A DNA stretch of 64,000 nucleotides from an archaeon GW2011_AR15 (GTDB lineage Archaea; Nanobdellota; Nanobdellia; Woesearchaeales; GW2011-AR15): contig CP010425.1 of the NCBI GenBank assembly GCA_000830295.1, positions 928,001 through 992,000 on the forward strand, read 5' to 3'. The notes under the pieces are model-generated. The model saw only the letters and a list, made by a program, of their open reading frames with translations, ran no database searches and had not been told where the DNA came from. This document shows, in pieces, positions 8,827 through 18,818 of this stretch. Position 1 is the stretch's first letter; every line of letters begins with the position of its first letter. The position numbers were made by a program, and so were the translations under genes.

Positions 8827-8910
8827 TTGGGGCTCTGAAAGGGCTCTGGTAATTAATATGATAGAGAGCAAATTATTTAAAACAGAACAAAAATACAGAT
8901 AAGCACGAAG

Positions 8911-11900
8911 ATGGAAAAATACGACCCTGTAACTGAAGAGAAGAAAATTCTTGAATTCTGGGAAAAAGAAAAGATAAGGGAAAAAGCTGTTTCAAAGAAC
9001 AAAGGGAAGAAACCCTTCTATTTTCTTGACGGCCCGCCATATACCTCCGGCAAGATCCATCTTGGAACTGCATGGAACAAGTCTATCAAAGACATGGTCA
9101 CCAGATACAAAAGGATGAGGGGATTTGATGTCTGGGACAGGGCAGGCTATGATATGCACGGCCTTCCTACAGAGGGTAAAGTGCAGGCCAAGCTCGATAT
9201 GAAGACAAAGGAAGAGATCCTCAAATATGGACTTGCAAAGTTCATAAAAGACTGCAGAGAATGGGCTGTTACCAACCTGAAGCAGATGAACAAGGACTTC
9301 AAAAGGCTTGGGGTCTGGCTTGATTTTGACAATGCTTACCAGACAATAGACAATGACTATATTGAGGGAACATGGTGGCTTGTAAAAAAAGCCCATGAAA
9401 AAAACAGGCTGTATGAAGGCCAGATGACAATGACCTGGTGCGGCAGCTGCCAGACAGCCCTTGCAAAGCATGAGCTTGAATACAAGAATGTTGTTGACAA
9501 ATCCCTTTATGTGAAATTCAAGGTAAAGGGCAGAAAAGACGAGTATCTGATTATATGGACAACAACGCCCTGGACAATCCCCTACAACCTGGGAGTCATG
9601 GTCAATCCTGACCTCGTTTATGTAAAAGCAAAAGTGGGCAACGAGACATGGGTCCTTGCAAAAGAGCTTGTGAAAATCATTGAGGAAAAAGCAGGAAAAA
9701 AGTACAGGATAGCTGAGGAATTCAAGGGAAAGGAGCTTGTGGGCACGGAATACATACATCCGATGGAAGATGTCCTGAAGCACCATTTTGATGCATTGAG
9801 GAAGAAAGCAAAAAAGCTTCATGTTGTTGTGCCAAGCACTGAGTATGTCATAACAGATTACGGAACAGGTCTGGTGCACATGGCTCCCGGATGCGGAGGC
9901 GAGGACTATGAAGTCGGCCACAGGGAAGGCCTCCCTCCTTTCAACCAGGTCAATGAAGAAGGATATTATGATAATACAATGGGTCCGTTCTCAGGGTTGC
10001 ATGTAAAGAAAAATAACCTTGTTTTTGTAGAAGACTTAGAGAAAAGAGGCGCAGTTGCAGCCATGGAGGATTATCCACATGATTACGCCCACTGCTGGCG
10101 CTGTAAAAACCCGATATTATACAGGACAACAAGCCAGTGGTTCTTCAGGGTTGAGGACCTTATCCCAAAGATGAGGAAGCTGAATAAGGAGAAGATGTAT
10201 TGGGTGCCTGACTGGGCAGGAAACAGGCAGTTTGACTCATGGCTGGAGAATTTAAGGGATAACGGAATTACAAGGCAGAGATTCTGGGGCTCTCCTCTTC
10301 CTGTCTGGAAATGCGATTCATGTAGCCACTATGTTGTTGCTGAATCCAGGAAAGAGCTGAAAAAACTAGGAGCATCCCATATCCCGGATGACCTTCACAA
10401 GCCCTGGATCGATGAAGTAACACTGCCCTGCGGGAAGTGCAGGGGAACAATGCACAGAAATCCCGATATAATGGATGTCTGGATAGATGCAGGAGTTGAT
10501 TCATGGGCATCACTTGGATATCCGCATGATGACAAGCTATTCAAGAAATTATTCCCTGCTGATTTCATAACAGAAGGGAAAGACCAGATAAGGGGGTGGT
10601 TCAACCTGCTGTTTGTGGCAAGCATGCTGGCGATGGAAGATATATCCTTTAAGGCGTGCTACATGACCGGCTTTGTCAATGATGCAATGGGCAGGAAGAT
10701 GTCAAAGAGCCTTGGCAATGTCATAAGCCCTGATGAGATTACAGAAAAATACGGCGCAGACACTTTCAGGTATTATTCAATAGGCGCAACTGCCCCAGGC
10801 CTGGACCTTAACTATAATTTTGAGGATGTTGAGCTCAAGAGAAGAAACCTGAGCATTTTGTGGAACCTGCACAATTTTGTAATTGACCTGGCAAAAACAA
10901 ATGGCCTCAATCCTGAAAAACTAAAAAGCACAGTTCTGAAAAGCGCAGGTGATGAAGAGCGATATATTTTGTCAAAACTGAATTCAGCAATCGCGCTTGT
11001 GACAGAGAAGCTTGACAACTACAATCTGAATGAAATTCCAATGATTACAGAAGAGCTTTACATGGAGCTGTCAAGGACATACATCCAGCTTGTGAGGGAA
11101 AAGGCAAACGCAGGAACTGATGAGGAGAAGGAAGTAGTGCTTTATACAGTTTACAGTGTGATGAAAAGCCTGCTCATACTGATGGCGCCCGTAACCCCTA
11201 TGATTACTGAAATGATGTACCTCAATATGAAAAAAGAATTTGGCCTGAAAAAAGAGTCCATCCACCTTTATGACTGGCCTGAAGCAGACAGGAAGCTTAT
11301 AGACAAAACCCTTGAAAAAGATATGGAGAATATAAAAGGAGTCATACAGGCAGTGCTGGGTGCAAGAGAGAGAGCGCAAGTGGGCACAAGATGGCCATTG
11401 CAGGAAGTCATAATCGAGACCTCAGATTCAGATGTAAAAAAGGCGGTTGAGGACCTCAAAGGGCTTATATTCTATCAGGCTAATGTAAAATCAGTGAAGC
11501 TTGTCAAGAAATTCGACAAAGCTGACATAACCATAAAGCCTAATTTCAAGACACTCGGCCCAGAATTCGGGAAAGATTCAAAGGAGATAATCAAATACCT
11601 TTCAGAGACGGACAATTCAGCCCTTGTGAGCCAGCTCAAAGACGGCAGGCTGAAAGCAGGAAAGCATGTTCTTGAAGAAAAGCACCTTGTGCTTGAGAAA
11701 ACACTTCCAAAAGGGTATTTTACAGGAGAATTTCCTTTAGGCAATGTCTTCCTGACAGCAGATGTTCCTGACGAGCTTGTTTCAGAGGGGTATTTCAGGG
11801 AAGTGCTGAGAAGGATACAGTCTTTCAGGAAAGATGCAGGCCTGAAGAAAACAGATGACATTGAGCTCTACCTAAAGCTGGACAAAGAGATTTACAGCAG

Positions 11901-12048
11901 GATATTGCCGTTCAAAAAAGAAATCAAAGAGAGGGTCGGAGCAAAATCCCTGGAAATTTCGACTGAGCCTGCAAAAAAGAAATATAAGCACAGCAGCAAG
12001 GACACAATAAAAGGCCTGAATGTCGAAGCAGGGTTTGATGTTGTTTAG
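8911..12048 (+). CDS. ileS: Isoleucine--tRNA ligase (archaeal/eukaryal type)
   Basis: DGPPYTSG..HLGT (HIGH variant), WTTTPWT editing motif, GTGLVHMAP, EGKDQIRGWF, KMSKS. Confidence 0.97.
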   Translation: MEKYDPVTEEKKILEFWEKEKIREKAVSKNKGKKPFYFLDGPPYTSGKIHLGTAWNKSIKDMVTRYKRMRGFDVWDRAGYDMHGLPTEGKVQAKLDMKTKEEILKYGLAKFIKDCREWAVTNLKQMNKDFKRLGVWLDFDNAYQTIDNDYIEGTWWLVKKAHEKNRLYEGQMTMTWCGSCQTALAKHELEYKNVVDKSLYVKFKVKGRKDEYLIIWTTTPWTIPYNLGVMVNPDLVYVKAKVGNETWVLAKELVKIIEEKAGKKYRIAEEFKGKELVGTEYIHPMEDVLKHHFDALRKKAKKLHVVVPSTEYVITDYGTGLVHMAPGCGGEDYEVGHREGLPPFNQVNEEGYYDNTMGPFSGLHVKKNNLVFVEDLEKRGAVAAMEDYPHDYAHCWRCKNPILYRTTSQWFFRVEDLIPKMRKLNKEKMYWVPDWAGNRQFDSWLENLRDNGITRQRFWGSPLPVWKCDSCSHYVVAESRKELKKLGASHIPDDLHKPWIDEVTLPCGKCRGTMHRNPDIMDVWIDAGVDSWASLGYPHDDKLFKKLFPADFITEGKDQIRGWFNLLFVASMLAMEDISFKACYMTGFVNDAMGRKMSKSLGNVISPDEITEKYGADTFRYYSIGATAPGLDLNYNFEDVELKRRNLSILWNLHNFVIDLAKTNGLNPEKLKSTVLKSAGDEERYILSKLNSAIALVTEKLDNYNLNEIPMITEELYMELSRTYIQLVREKANAGTDEEKEVVLYTVYSVMKSLLILMAPVTPMITEMMYLNMKKEFGLKKESIHLYDWPEADRKLIDKTLEKDMENIKGVIQAVLGARERAQVGTRWPLQEVIIETSDSDVKKAVEDLKGLIFYQANVKSVKLVKKFDKADITIKPNFKTLGPEFGKDSKEIIKYLSETDNSALVSQLKDGRLKAGKHVLEEKHLVLEKTLPKGYFTGEFPLGNVFLTADVPDELVSEGYFREVLRRIQSFRKDAGLKKTDDIELYLKLDKEIYSRILPFKKEIKERVGAKSLEISTEPAKKKYKHSSKDTIKGLNVEAGFDVV

Positions 12049-12113
12049 CATCTATTAATCTACTTTTTAGTACTAGCGCAATTTTATAAACCTGTAAAAC
12101 ATACTATCCTCAC

Positions 12114-13520
12114 ATGGGGACCGATAGTGACTTACTGAAAGGTATTGATGAGTATAAATTTGGCTTTAAAGATACCTCTAAGCCTGTCTTCAGGAGCAGG
12201 AAAGGCCTTGATGAGCTGGTTGTCAGGCAGATTTCAGAGCATAAGCATGAGCCTCAGTGGATGCTGGACTTCAGATTAAAGGCGCTGAAGCATTTCGAAA
12301 ACAGGCCAATGCCTGCCTGGGGAGCTGATTTATCGGGACTGAATCTCAATGAGATATATTTCTACACAAAGCCAGCTGGAAAAGAAGGAAAATCCTGGGA
12401 TGATGTTCCTGAAAACATAAAAAAGACATTTGAGAAGCTCGGGATACCAGAGGCAGAGCAGAAATTCCTGGCAGGAGTCGGAGCGCAGTATGAATCAGAG
12501 ATGGTCTACCACAACATAAAAGAGAGCCTTGCAAAGAAGGGCGTCATTTTCAAGAGCATTGAGCAGGGGCTCAGGGACCACCCAGATTTGTTCAGGGAAT
12601 ATTTCGGGAAGATCATTCCAATAGAGGACAACAAGTTTGCATCTCTCAACTCTGCTGTCTGGTCAGGAGGCTCATTTGTATATATCCCGAAAAACGTCAA
12701 GGTTGACCTGCCCCTTCAGGCATATTTCAGGATCAATGACCCGGACATGGGGCAGTTTGAGAGGACACTGATTATAGCAGACGAGGGCTCAGAAGCCCAG
12801 TATGTTGAGGGATGCACTGCACCCATATACACTACAGACTCATTCCACAGCGGAGTCATTGAAATAGTTGTGAAGCCGGGAGCAAGGTTCAGGTACACCA
12901 CAATCCAGAACTGGTCAAATAACATGTATAATCTTGTAACCCAGAGGGCATACGTTTACAGGGATGCAAAAATGGAATGGGTGGATGCGAATATAGGAAG
13001 CAAAGTTACGATGAAATACCCGTCATGCTACCTTCTTGAGGAAAAGGCTCACGGTGAGATACTTTCAATGGGATTTGCCTCAGGGCATCAGCATCAGGAT
13101 ACAGGAGGAAAGATGCTGCATTTTGCCCCGCATACAACAAGCAAGATAACTGCAAAGTCAATAAGCATGAAGGGAGGAAGGGCTTCATACAGGGGCCTGC
13201 TGGATATCAAGGAAAGCGCCTATGGCGCAAAATCAAATGTTGTCTGCGATGCCCTTTTGATGGATGAGGAATCCCGCTCGGATACATACCCCTATATGGA
13301 GATAAACGGGGATGATGCTACTGTCGGCCATGAGGCATCTGTTTCAAAAATAGGGGAGGAGCAGCTGTTTTATCTTACGAGCAAAGGTTTGTCTGCAGAT
13401 GAGGCAAGGTCAATGGTTGTCTCCGGATTCATAGAGCCGCTTGTAAAAGAGCTGCCAATGGAGTATGCAATAGAGATGAACAGGCTTATACAGCTGCAGA
13501 TGGAAGGTTCTGTGGGTTAG
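12114..13520 (+). CDS. sufB: Fe-S cluster assembly protein SufB
   Basis: [57 protein letters not shown]. Confidence 0.95.
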   Translation: MGTDSDLLKGIDEYKFGFKDTSKPVFRSRKGLDELVVRQISEHKHEPQWMLDFRLKALKHFENRPMPAWGADLSGLNLNEIYFYTKPAGKEGKSWDDVPENIKKTFEKLGIPEAEQKFLAGVGAQYESEMVYHNIKESLAKKGVIFKSIEQGLRDHPDLFREYFGKIIPIEDNKFASLNSAVWSGGSFVYIPKNVKVDLPLQAYFRINDPDMGQFERTLIIADEGSEAQYVEGCTAPIYTTDSFHSGVIEIVVKPGARFRYTTIQNWSNNMYNLVTQRAYVYRDAKMEWVDANIGSKVTMKYPSCYLLEEKAHGEILSMGFASGHQHQDTGGKMLHFAPHTTSKITAKSISMKGGRASYRGLLDIKESAYGAKSNVVCDALLMDEESRSDTYPYMEINGDDATVGHEASVSKIGEEQLFYLTSKGLSADEARSMVVSGFIEPLVKELPMEYAIEMNRLIQLQMEGSVG

Positions 13521-13521
13521 T

Positions 13522-14760
13522 TTAATCAGGTATTTTTAGAGGCAGGAAAATTATCAATGCTGCTAGTGCCATAACTGCAAGCGAACCCATTGCTATTCTG
13601 TGGGAAATTTCTGTTCCGAATACTGCCAGCGCGTGTACTGTAACTCCCCAGATCAGAGGCCCTATAATTGATGCAAACCTGCCTAACATCGCATACAGTC
13701 CAAAAAATTCAGTAAGCTGGTTGTGGGGCGAGAGCTTTGTAATAATTATCCTGTCGCCGCTCCAGATGCATCCCTCTATAAGTCCGGACAAAATTCCGAA
13801 TATTATAATTAATGTACGGGATTTCACCAAAGCCAGGCTAAATAAGCAAATTACAAGAAAAAACAGAACAGTTCTCTGAAACTTCTTAACTCCGAGCCTG
13901 TCAATAAGGTGCGCAGACAATAAACCCCCTATAATTGAAAATATTATCAGGAATGCAAAAAGATACTGGACCTCAGTATCTGAAAAGCCAAACACAGATG
14001 TAAAATAGATCGCCAGGAAAAAATATACTGTATGCATTGCATCGCTGTAAAAGAACCTGCTGATGTAATATCTAAGAGTGCCTGGGTATTTCTTTAAATT
14101 TCTGATTGTTTTCAGGACTCTGTTAACAGAATATTTAATGCTGACAGATGTTTTAATACTCCTGTTTTTCTCTTTTAAAAACACTAATGCAGGCAGTGCA
14201 AACATTAAAAATAGAAATGCAATCGGCAAAAAGGCCGCGCCTCTGCCGGATTTTGTAACTACAGGCAATAGGAGCAGGATAATCACTAAATATCCTACCT
14301 GTCCGAATGCAATGCCTATTCCGGATATCAGTCCTCGGTTTTTCTCGGTACTTACCTGAACAAGATATGAATCATATATCACCTGGCTTAGCTGCATTCC
14401 AAGGTATGCCAGCACATAGAATATAATAGAAAACAAAAGCCCGCCAAAGCCAAACAATGCAGTAAATATTACTGCCTGCAATGTGAAATAAACCAGGAAC
14501 CATTTCTTTTTATGGTGTTTATCCAGCAGCGCGCCAACAACAGGAGCAGTCAGGATAATTATTATTTGGGTAAAGACAACAACCCAGCTATAATGCAGTT
14601 CACTTAGGCCCATATCCTGAACAATCCAGAGAGGGAAATACAGCGTTCCGACCCCAAGCTGGAAGAATGAATTGGCAGCATCGTACAATATCCAGCTAAG
14701 CACAGCAGCCAAAGAGAGCTTTCCTTTGTCAGTCAGAGACTGGAATAGTTTATTTGCCAT
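13522..14760 (-). CDS. MFS transporter (UMF1/Atg22-like)
   Basis: About 12 TM. SWILYDAANS, YDSYL...RGLISGIG, EFFGLY..GRFASIIGP. Confidence 0.85.
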   Translation of the reverse strand: MANKLFQSLTDKGKLSLAAVLSWILYDAANSFFQLGVGTLYFPLWIVQDMGLSELHYSWVVVFTQIIIILTAPVVGALLDKHHKKKWFLVYFTLQAVIFTALFGFGGLLFSIIFYVLAYLGMQLSQVIYDSYLVQVSTEKNRGLISGIGIAFGQVGYLVIILLLLPVVTKSGRGAAFLPIAFLFLMFALPALVFLKEKNRSIKTSVSIKYSVNRVLKTIRNLKKYPGTLRYYISRFFYSDAMHTVYFFLAIYFTSVFGFSDTEVQYLFAFLIIFSIIGGLLSAHLIDRLGVKKFQRTVLFFLVICLFSLALVKSRTLIIIFGILSGLIEGCIWSGDRIIITKLSPHNQLTEFFGLYAMLGRFASIIGPLIWGVTVHALAVFGTEISHRIAMGSLAVMALAALIIFLPLKIPD

Positions 14761-14798
14761 CTGCCAGGATTTAATTATTTATTATAAATATGTTTTCA

Positions 14799-15449
14799 TC
14801 AGTAGTCAAATATCTTCTTCTGTGTTTTTTCTTTTTTCATGTTCTTCCATGAGACCCATTCTTTCCTGAAAAAAGTTACCTTATGGTTGTCCCAGTTTTT
14901 CTCAAGGAATTTCTGGGTTTTCTCATCAGACATGTATCCTGAGCCGAAGTCCCCGAACTTTTCCTTAAGGAACTCGATGTATTTGTCCCTGGTTACTTTT
15001 GCGAGGATTGAGGCAGCTCCCACAACAGGATAGTTGAAGTCTGCCTTGTGCTCTGTTACCAGCTCGACTTTTGTTTTTAGATTTTCCTTTATGTAGCCCT
15101 GGTATCTTTTCGGGTTTTTTTCAGGCAGGTCAATTATTGCCCTGTCCGGCTTTAAATGGTTGAGAATTTCTGCGGTTGTTGCAGCCTCCAGCCTGTTTAA
15201 GTTCGTGTTATCTGACTTGAGCGCGTCGTCAATTATATCCGGCGTCAAACTTATTATTTTGTAGTCTTTTGCAACAGCAAGAATTTTTTTGAAAAGCTTT
15301 TCCCTTGTTTCTGGCTCAAGAAGCTTGGAATCCTTTACACCCAGCTTTTTCAGCTTTTCCTCGTCTTTCTCATCAATGAGAACACCGGCCATCACCATCG
15401 GCCCGATTACAGGCCCGCGCCCGGCTTCGTCAATACCGCATATAATCAT
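14799..15449 (-). CDS. rnhB: Ribonuclease HII
   Basis: GIDEAGRGPVIGPMV, DSK, HKAD..YPVVGAASILAKV.RD, GSGY.SD. Confidence 0.97.
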   Translation of the reverse strand: MIICGIDEAGRGPVIGPMVMAGVLIDEKDEEKLKKLGVKDSKLLEPETREKLFKKILAVAKDYKIISLTPDIIDDALKSDNTNLNRLEAATTAEILNHLKPDRAIIDLPEKNPKRYQGYIKENLKTKVELVTEHKADFNYPVVGAASILAKVTRDKYIEFLKEKFGDFGSGYMSDEKTQKFLEKNWDNHKVTFFRKEWVSWKNMKKEKTQKKIFDY

Positions 15450-15498
15450 AAATGAAAAAAAGAGTATTCAAATTATAAACTTTGCTTAACGATGGCCC

Positions 15499-16029
15499 TT
15501 AATTTATTACTGAAGGCAGATGCTCTCTTACTGCTTTTGCCAGCCCTTCATCTCCTGTCAGGGCAGTGATATGTTTTGGAATCTTTCCTTCTTTTGGCAG
15601 GCTTTCCATCATGTACTGAATCCCCCAAAGGCTTTTATCCAGCCCGTTTGGGGTATAACCAGAGGCATCGTATATCATGTTTATTACATAATCTAAAGAA
15701 GGTCTCAGGACAATGGAAGAATTTCCTTTATCCCTTTCAATTTCTATTATCACGATTTTTTCGCCAGATAAGCCATAGCCCAGGCCAATCATAGTCTCAT
15801 CGTCATTTTCCCTGAATTCTTTGTACAGACTCGGGTCGTTCAGCTCTATTGGGTTAATAATGACAGCAGTGTAAGGTTTTTTTTTATCTTTGTTCTGTGT
15901 CCATATCTTTAATTCATAGGCATGCTTGTGGACTACTAATCTTGTTTCTTCATCTGCAGGTGAGATCCCATCTATTTTTGTACTAGCATAATTTCGCCTG
16001 TGATCTATAAGTGGTTGTCTACAATCCAT
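15499..16029 (-). CDS. Hypothetical protein
   Basis: 176-aa ORF with an AAGGT SD-like element upstream. No recognised motif. Confidence 0.55.
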   Translation of the reverse strand: MDCRQPLIDHRRNYASTKIDGISPADEETRLVVHKHAYELKIWTQNKDKKKPYTAVIINPIELNDPSLYKEFRENDDETMIGLGYGLSGEKIVIIEIERDKGNSSIVLRPSLDYVINMIYDASGYTPNGLDKSLWGIQYMMESLPKEGKIPKHITALTGDEGLAKAVREHLPSVIN

Positions 16030-16172
16030 TTTTTTACCTTGTCCTTACTACCAACCAGTTAAGAGGCGGACGTAGTAATAAATAATTAATCCACCTAGTG
16101 TAGGTATACCTATTCTACTTATTTTAAAAAAATAAGACTGAAAAATTAGACAGCGCTGAATGAAAAAAAAGA

Positions 16173-16195
16173 TAGTGGGGAAAGGATCTAGAACC
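16173..16195 (-). repeat. Degenerate copy of the tRNA-iMet 3' end (att-like scar)
   Basis: TAGTGGGGAAAGGATCTAGAACC (16173-16195) versus TAGCGGGGAAAGGATTTGAACC (16268-16289). Both are preceded by an A-run. Confidence 0.6.
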
Positions 16196-16267
16196 AACTG
16201 AGAAATCAGTTGACACTTTGTGAGTTTCCTTTCAGTCAAGCTCACATAGAACTCTTTTATAAAAAAG

Positions 16268-16342
16268 TAGCGGGGAAAGGATTTGAACCTCCGACCTACG
16301 GGTTATGAGCCCGTCGGGCACTCCTGGCTGCCCTACCCCGCT
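16268..16342 (-). tRNA. tRNA-Met(CAT), initiator
   Basis: Reverse complement AGCGGGGTAGGGCAGCCAGGAGTGCCCGACGGGCTCATAACCCGTAGGTCGGAGGTTCAAATCCTTTCCCCGCTA. A1:U72 pair, three G-C pairs closing the CAT anticodon loop, CCA not encoded. Confidence 0.95.
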
Positions 16343-16491
16343 GCATAGGGTTCCAGAAAATTATATCTTTTATAAATGTTGTTCCATTTCTGAGCTTTTT
16401 AATCTCTTATCCTGGAAATAGATTTATATATTAAACCAGGTTTCTGGACATTATTTTATCATTAAAAAGTAGTTACTAGAAGGCGATTGGT

Positions 16492-17733
16492 GTGCTGAAC
16501 CCCTATACTGTAAAAGAACTCTGTAATCTGCCAGCAAATAGGCTGTATGACTTAACTCTGGACCCTAAAGCCAAAATTGCAGCTAATACTCCAAGACCAA
16601 AGGCAGACAGGAATTTCAGCCCAGGCGCACAGGCATATAAATTTACAAACGAAAATCTTGACAGCATAGTAGACGGGCTTAAGAAAGCCGAGATAGATCT
16701 GTCAGGAAAAACAGTTTTCAGTATTGCATGCTCGGGCGACCCTCTTATCCTCTTTTCAGCTCTTGGAGCTGACTACAATATAGCTTTTGATTCTTCATAC
16801 AAAGCTGTGGCCTGGACAGAGTTTAAATGCGCAATGGTTAGAACCCTCACGCATCATGATGCCCTTGCTTCTCTTGGGCAGGTTAACCTATTGAGGAGTT
16901 CAAAGTATTATCTAAAACTCAATAAGCCTAATCTAGGCATAGATGCAAAATCGCAGGGGTTTAAAACCCAATCCGGGATGCCATACATGTCCATAGAAAA
17001 AAACAGTACAGTTGCTGACGCCATCATAAGGCAGATGTCAAAATGGGCCGGTAGCATATTTGAGGAGCTCTTCAGAAACTATACTTTTGACAATATACCG
17101 CAAGGTGCACCTCCCCATTCTTTAAGGCAGGATTATATCTCCTGCATAATCCCGGAAGATGGAACATCACAGTCCTCAGATTTCTTCAGGGGAGGAAGTC
17201 ATGGGTATACAGGTGCATTTCCGGAACTGAATGGCTATCTAAAAGATAGAAGGCTGTATGAATCTGCCAGCAGGAATTTAGAGATGGAAGAGACGGCATT
17301 TATTCCAGGAGATATTTTTAAGATGATAGAAATGCTTCTTGGAGTAAAGCAATATAGGATATTTTCAAAAGATTTTTTTAAGAGGGATAAAAGAAAAGCC
17401 ACGAGATTTCTTGAGCAGTCACTAGATGCAGAGCAGAAAGCAGATCTATTCTATCTTTCAAATGTCCCAGATCACCTGAAAGATTCCAAAGGCAACAAAA
17501 AGTACCATTCTAAAGTATTCGGTCCATTTGCTGATATGGTATGCGGGCTCCTAAATCCCGGAGGGGCACTCATAATAAACCATGAGTGGAACGCTGAAAA
17601 GGAATTTAGGGATAATCCAGACCCGGATTCCAGCTTAGGCGAGTATTTAAAACAAGAGCATGGGCTTGAGAAGACAATATGTAGAGACGGCTCGGGATAT
17701 GGTTGCGAAGTGATATATACAAAGAGAAGGTGA
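16492..17733 (+). CDS. DUF3419/BtaA-like SAM-dependent transferase-fold protein
   Basis: YKFTNENL, LSGKTVFSIACSGD (motif I-like), AFD, GDI, DLFYLSNVPD, LLNPGG. Confidence 0.55.
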   Translation: MLNPYTVKELCNLPANRLYDLTLDPKAKIAANTPRPKADRNFSPGAQAYKFTNENLDSIVDGLKKAEIDLSGKTVFSIACSGDPLILFSALGADYNIAFDSSYKAVAWTEFKCAMVRTLTHHDALASLGQVNLLRSSKYYLKLNKPNLGIDAKSQGFKTQSGMPYMSIEKNSTVADAIIRQMSKWAGSIFEELFRNYTFDNIPQGAPPHSLRQDYISCIIPEDGTSQSSDFFRGGSHGYTGAFPELNGYLKDRRLYESASRNLEMEETAFIPGDIFKMIEMLLGVKQYRIFSKDFFKRDKRKATRFLEQSLDAEQKADLFYLSNVPDHLKDSKGNKKYHSKVFGPFADMVCGLLNPGGALIINHEWNAEKEFRDNPDPDSSLGEYLKQEHGLEKTICRDGSGYGCEVIYTKRR

Positions 17734-18818
17734 GAAAAATTTCAGAAGTCTATTTTATCTGTACAGGAAACACGTGCAGGAGCCCAATGGCTGAGGTCTA
17801 TGCTCAGCACACTTCAAAAGCATATGGCCTTGACAGGATCATTAATTTCCACTCAAGGGCACTAAAGCCCAGAGAGCTGCTCCTTGAAAAATTTTTCGGA
17901 GAGCTCGTCGCCTCTCCTATGAGCGAAACGGCATCTCCCGGGACTATAGAAGTAATATCCAAAAGACTGCCGGAGCAAAATGATGCTATAAGCTCCCATA
18001 GATCAATGGCACTGAAGAGGGAAGAAATTAAATCCGCTGATATAGTCTTAACTATGACAGCATCCCACAAAGATAATATACTGATTTATGCTCAGGATAT
18101 ACCGGATCTCGAAAAGAAGGTATTCACTCTAAAAGAGTATGCAAACTCAGTCAGCCATTACAGCGATTCAGCTGACATTGATGTTGTTGACCCCTATGGC
18201 GCAGGAGCAATACCAAACCTTACCAGTCTACTTTTAAGCAAGACAGACATAGAGATGCAAAAACTGGGAAGAAACTACCTGAAAAAAATAAAAGGTTATT
18301 TTGAAAGCAAGGCAAAAAAAATAAGAGAGAAAAAAGGCAATAGGGGTATTAGTTTCAGAACTAATGAATGGATAGCTAGGAGGGGATTCTCTTTCTGCGT
18401 ATACTCTGAAACCTTGGAAAATGTAACGCTTTCGCAAATCAGGAACCTTCGGTCTAGGCCGAGCCACTTTGTAAAGAGCCCTTTTGAGATATCCATAGAG
18501 ATTGACTCAGAAAGAAAAAAGGCGTATACTGAAACCTTTGATGAAATAAAAGAGGCAATTGACCATATATCCCCATCAGCCGCTCCTTATTCAAGCATAG
18601 GGTTGCCTTATATTATGAGGCCGAGAGCAAATGAAGATAGGCAGATTGTTAAAATGTGGTTAGCAGTAATAGAAAACCTGCTGCCTCAATATACTTCAGA
18701 TGCTGCAGAAGATAATGAAGTGAATAACATGCTGCTTAAGCTGACCAATTCTTCTTTAGACAATCTGCTGGGAAGGGGAAGGACGGAAATTCTGAAAAAG
18801 ATAAAGGGAGAAGAATGA
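17730..18818 (+). CDS. Low-molecular-weight phosphatase (YwlE-like) with internal insertion and C-terminal extension
   Basis: FICTGNTCRSPMAE P-loop, ADIVLTMT..HK, KVFTLKEY, VVDPYG. GTG start overlaps the upstream TGA (GTGA at 17730-17733). Confidence 0.8.
   Translation: MRKISEVYFICTGNTCRSPMAEVYAQHTSKAYGLDRIINFHSRALKPRELLLEKFFGELVASPMSETASPGTIEVISKRLPEQNDAISSHRSMALKREEIKSADIVLTMTASHKDNILIYAQDIPDLEKKVFTLKEYANSVSHYSDSADIDVVDPYGAGAIPNLTSLLLSKTDIEMQKLGRNYLKKIKGYFESKAKKIREKKGNRGISFRTNEWIARRGFSFCVYSETLENVTLSQIRNLRSRPSHFVKSPFEISIEIDSERKKAYTETFDEIKEAIDHISPSAAPYSSIGLPYIMRPRANEDRQIVKMWLAVIENLLPQYTSDAAEDNEVNNMLLKLTNSSLDNLLGRGRTEILKKIKGEE

Noticed and set aside
8992-9921. 309-aa ORF antisense to ileS
   Set aside because: Shadow ORF produced by codon bias; no protein-like motifs.
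16048-16245. 65-aa minus-strand ORF downstream of tRNA-iMet
   Set aside because: It runs through the tRNA-like repeat and a T-run, its composition is not protein-like, and it is not an integrase fragment that I can recognise.
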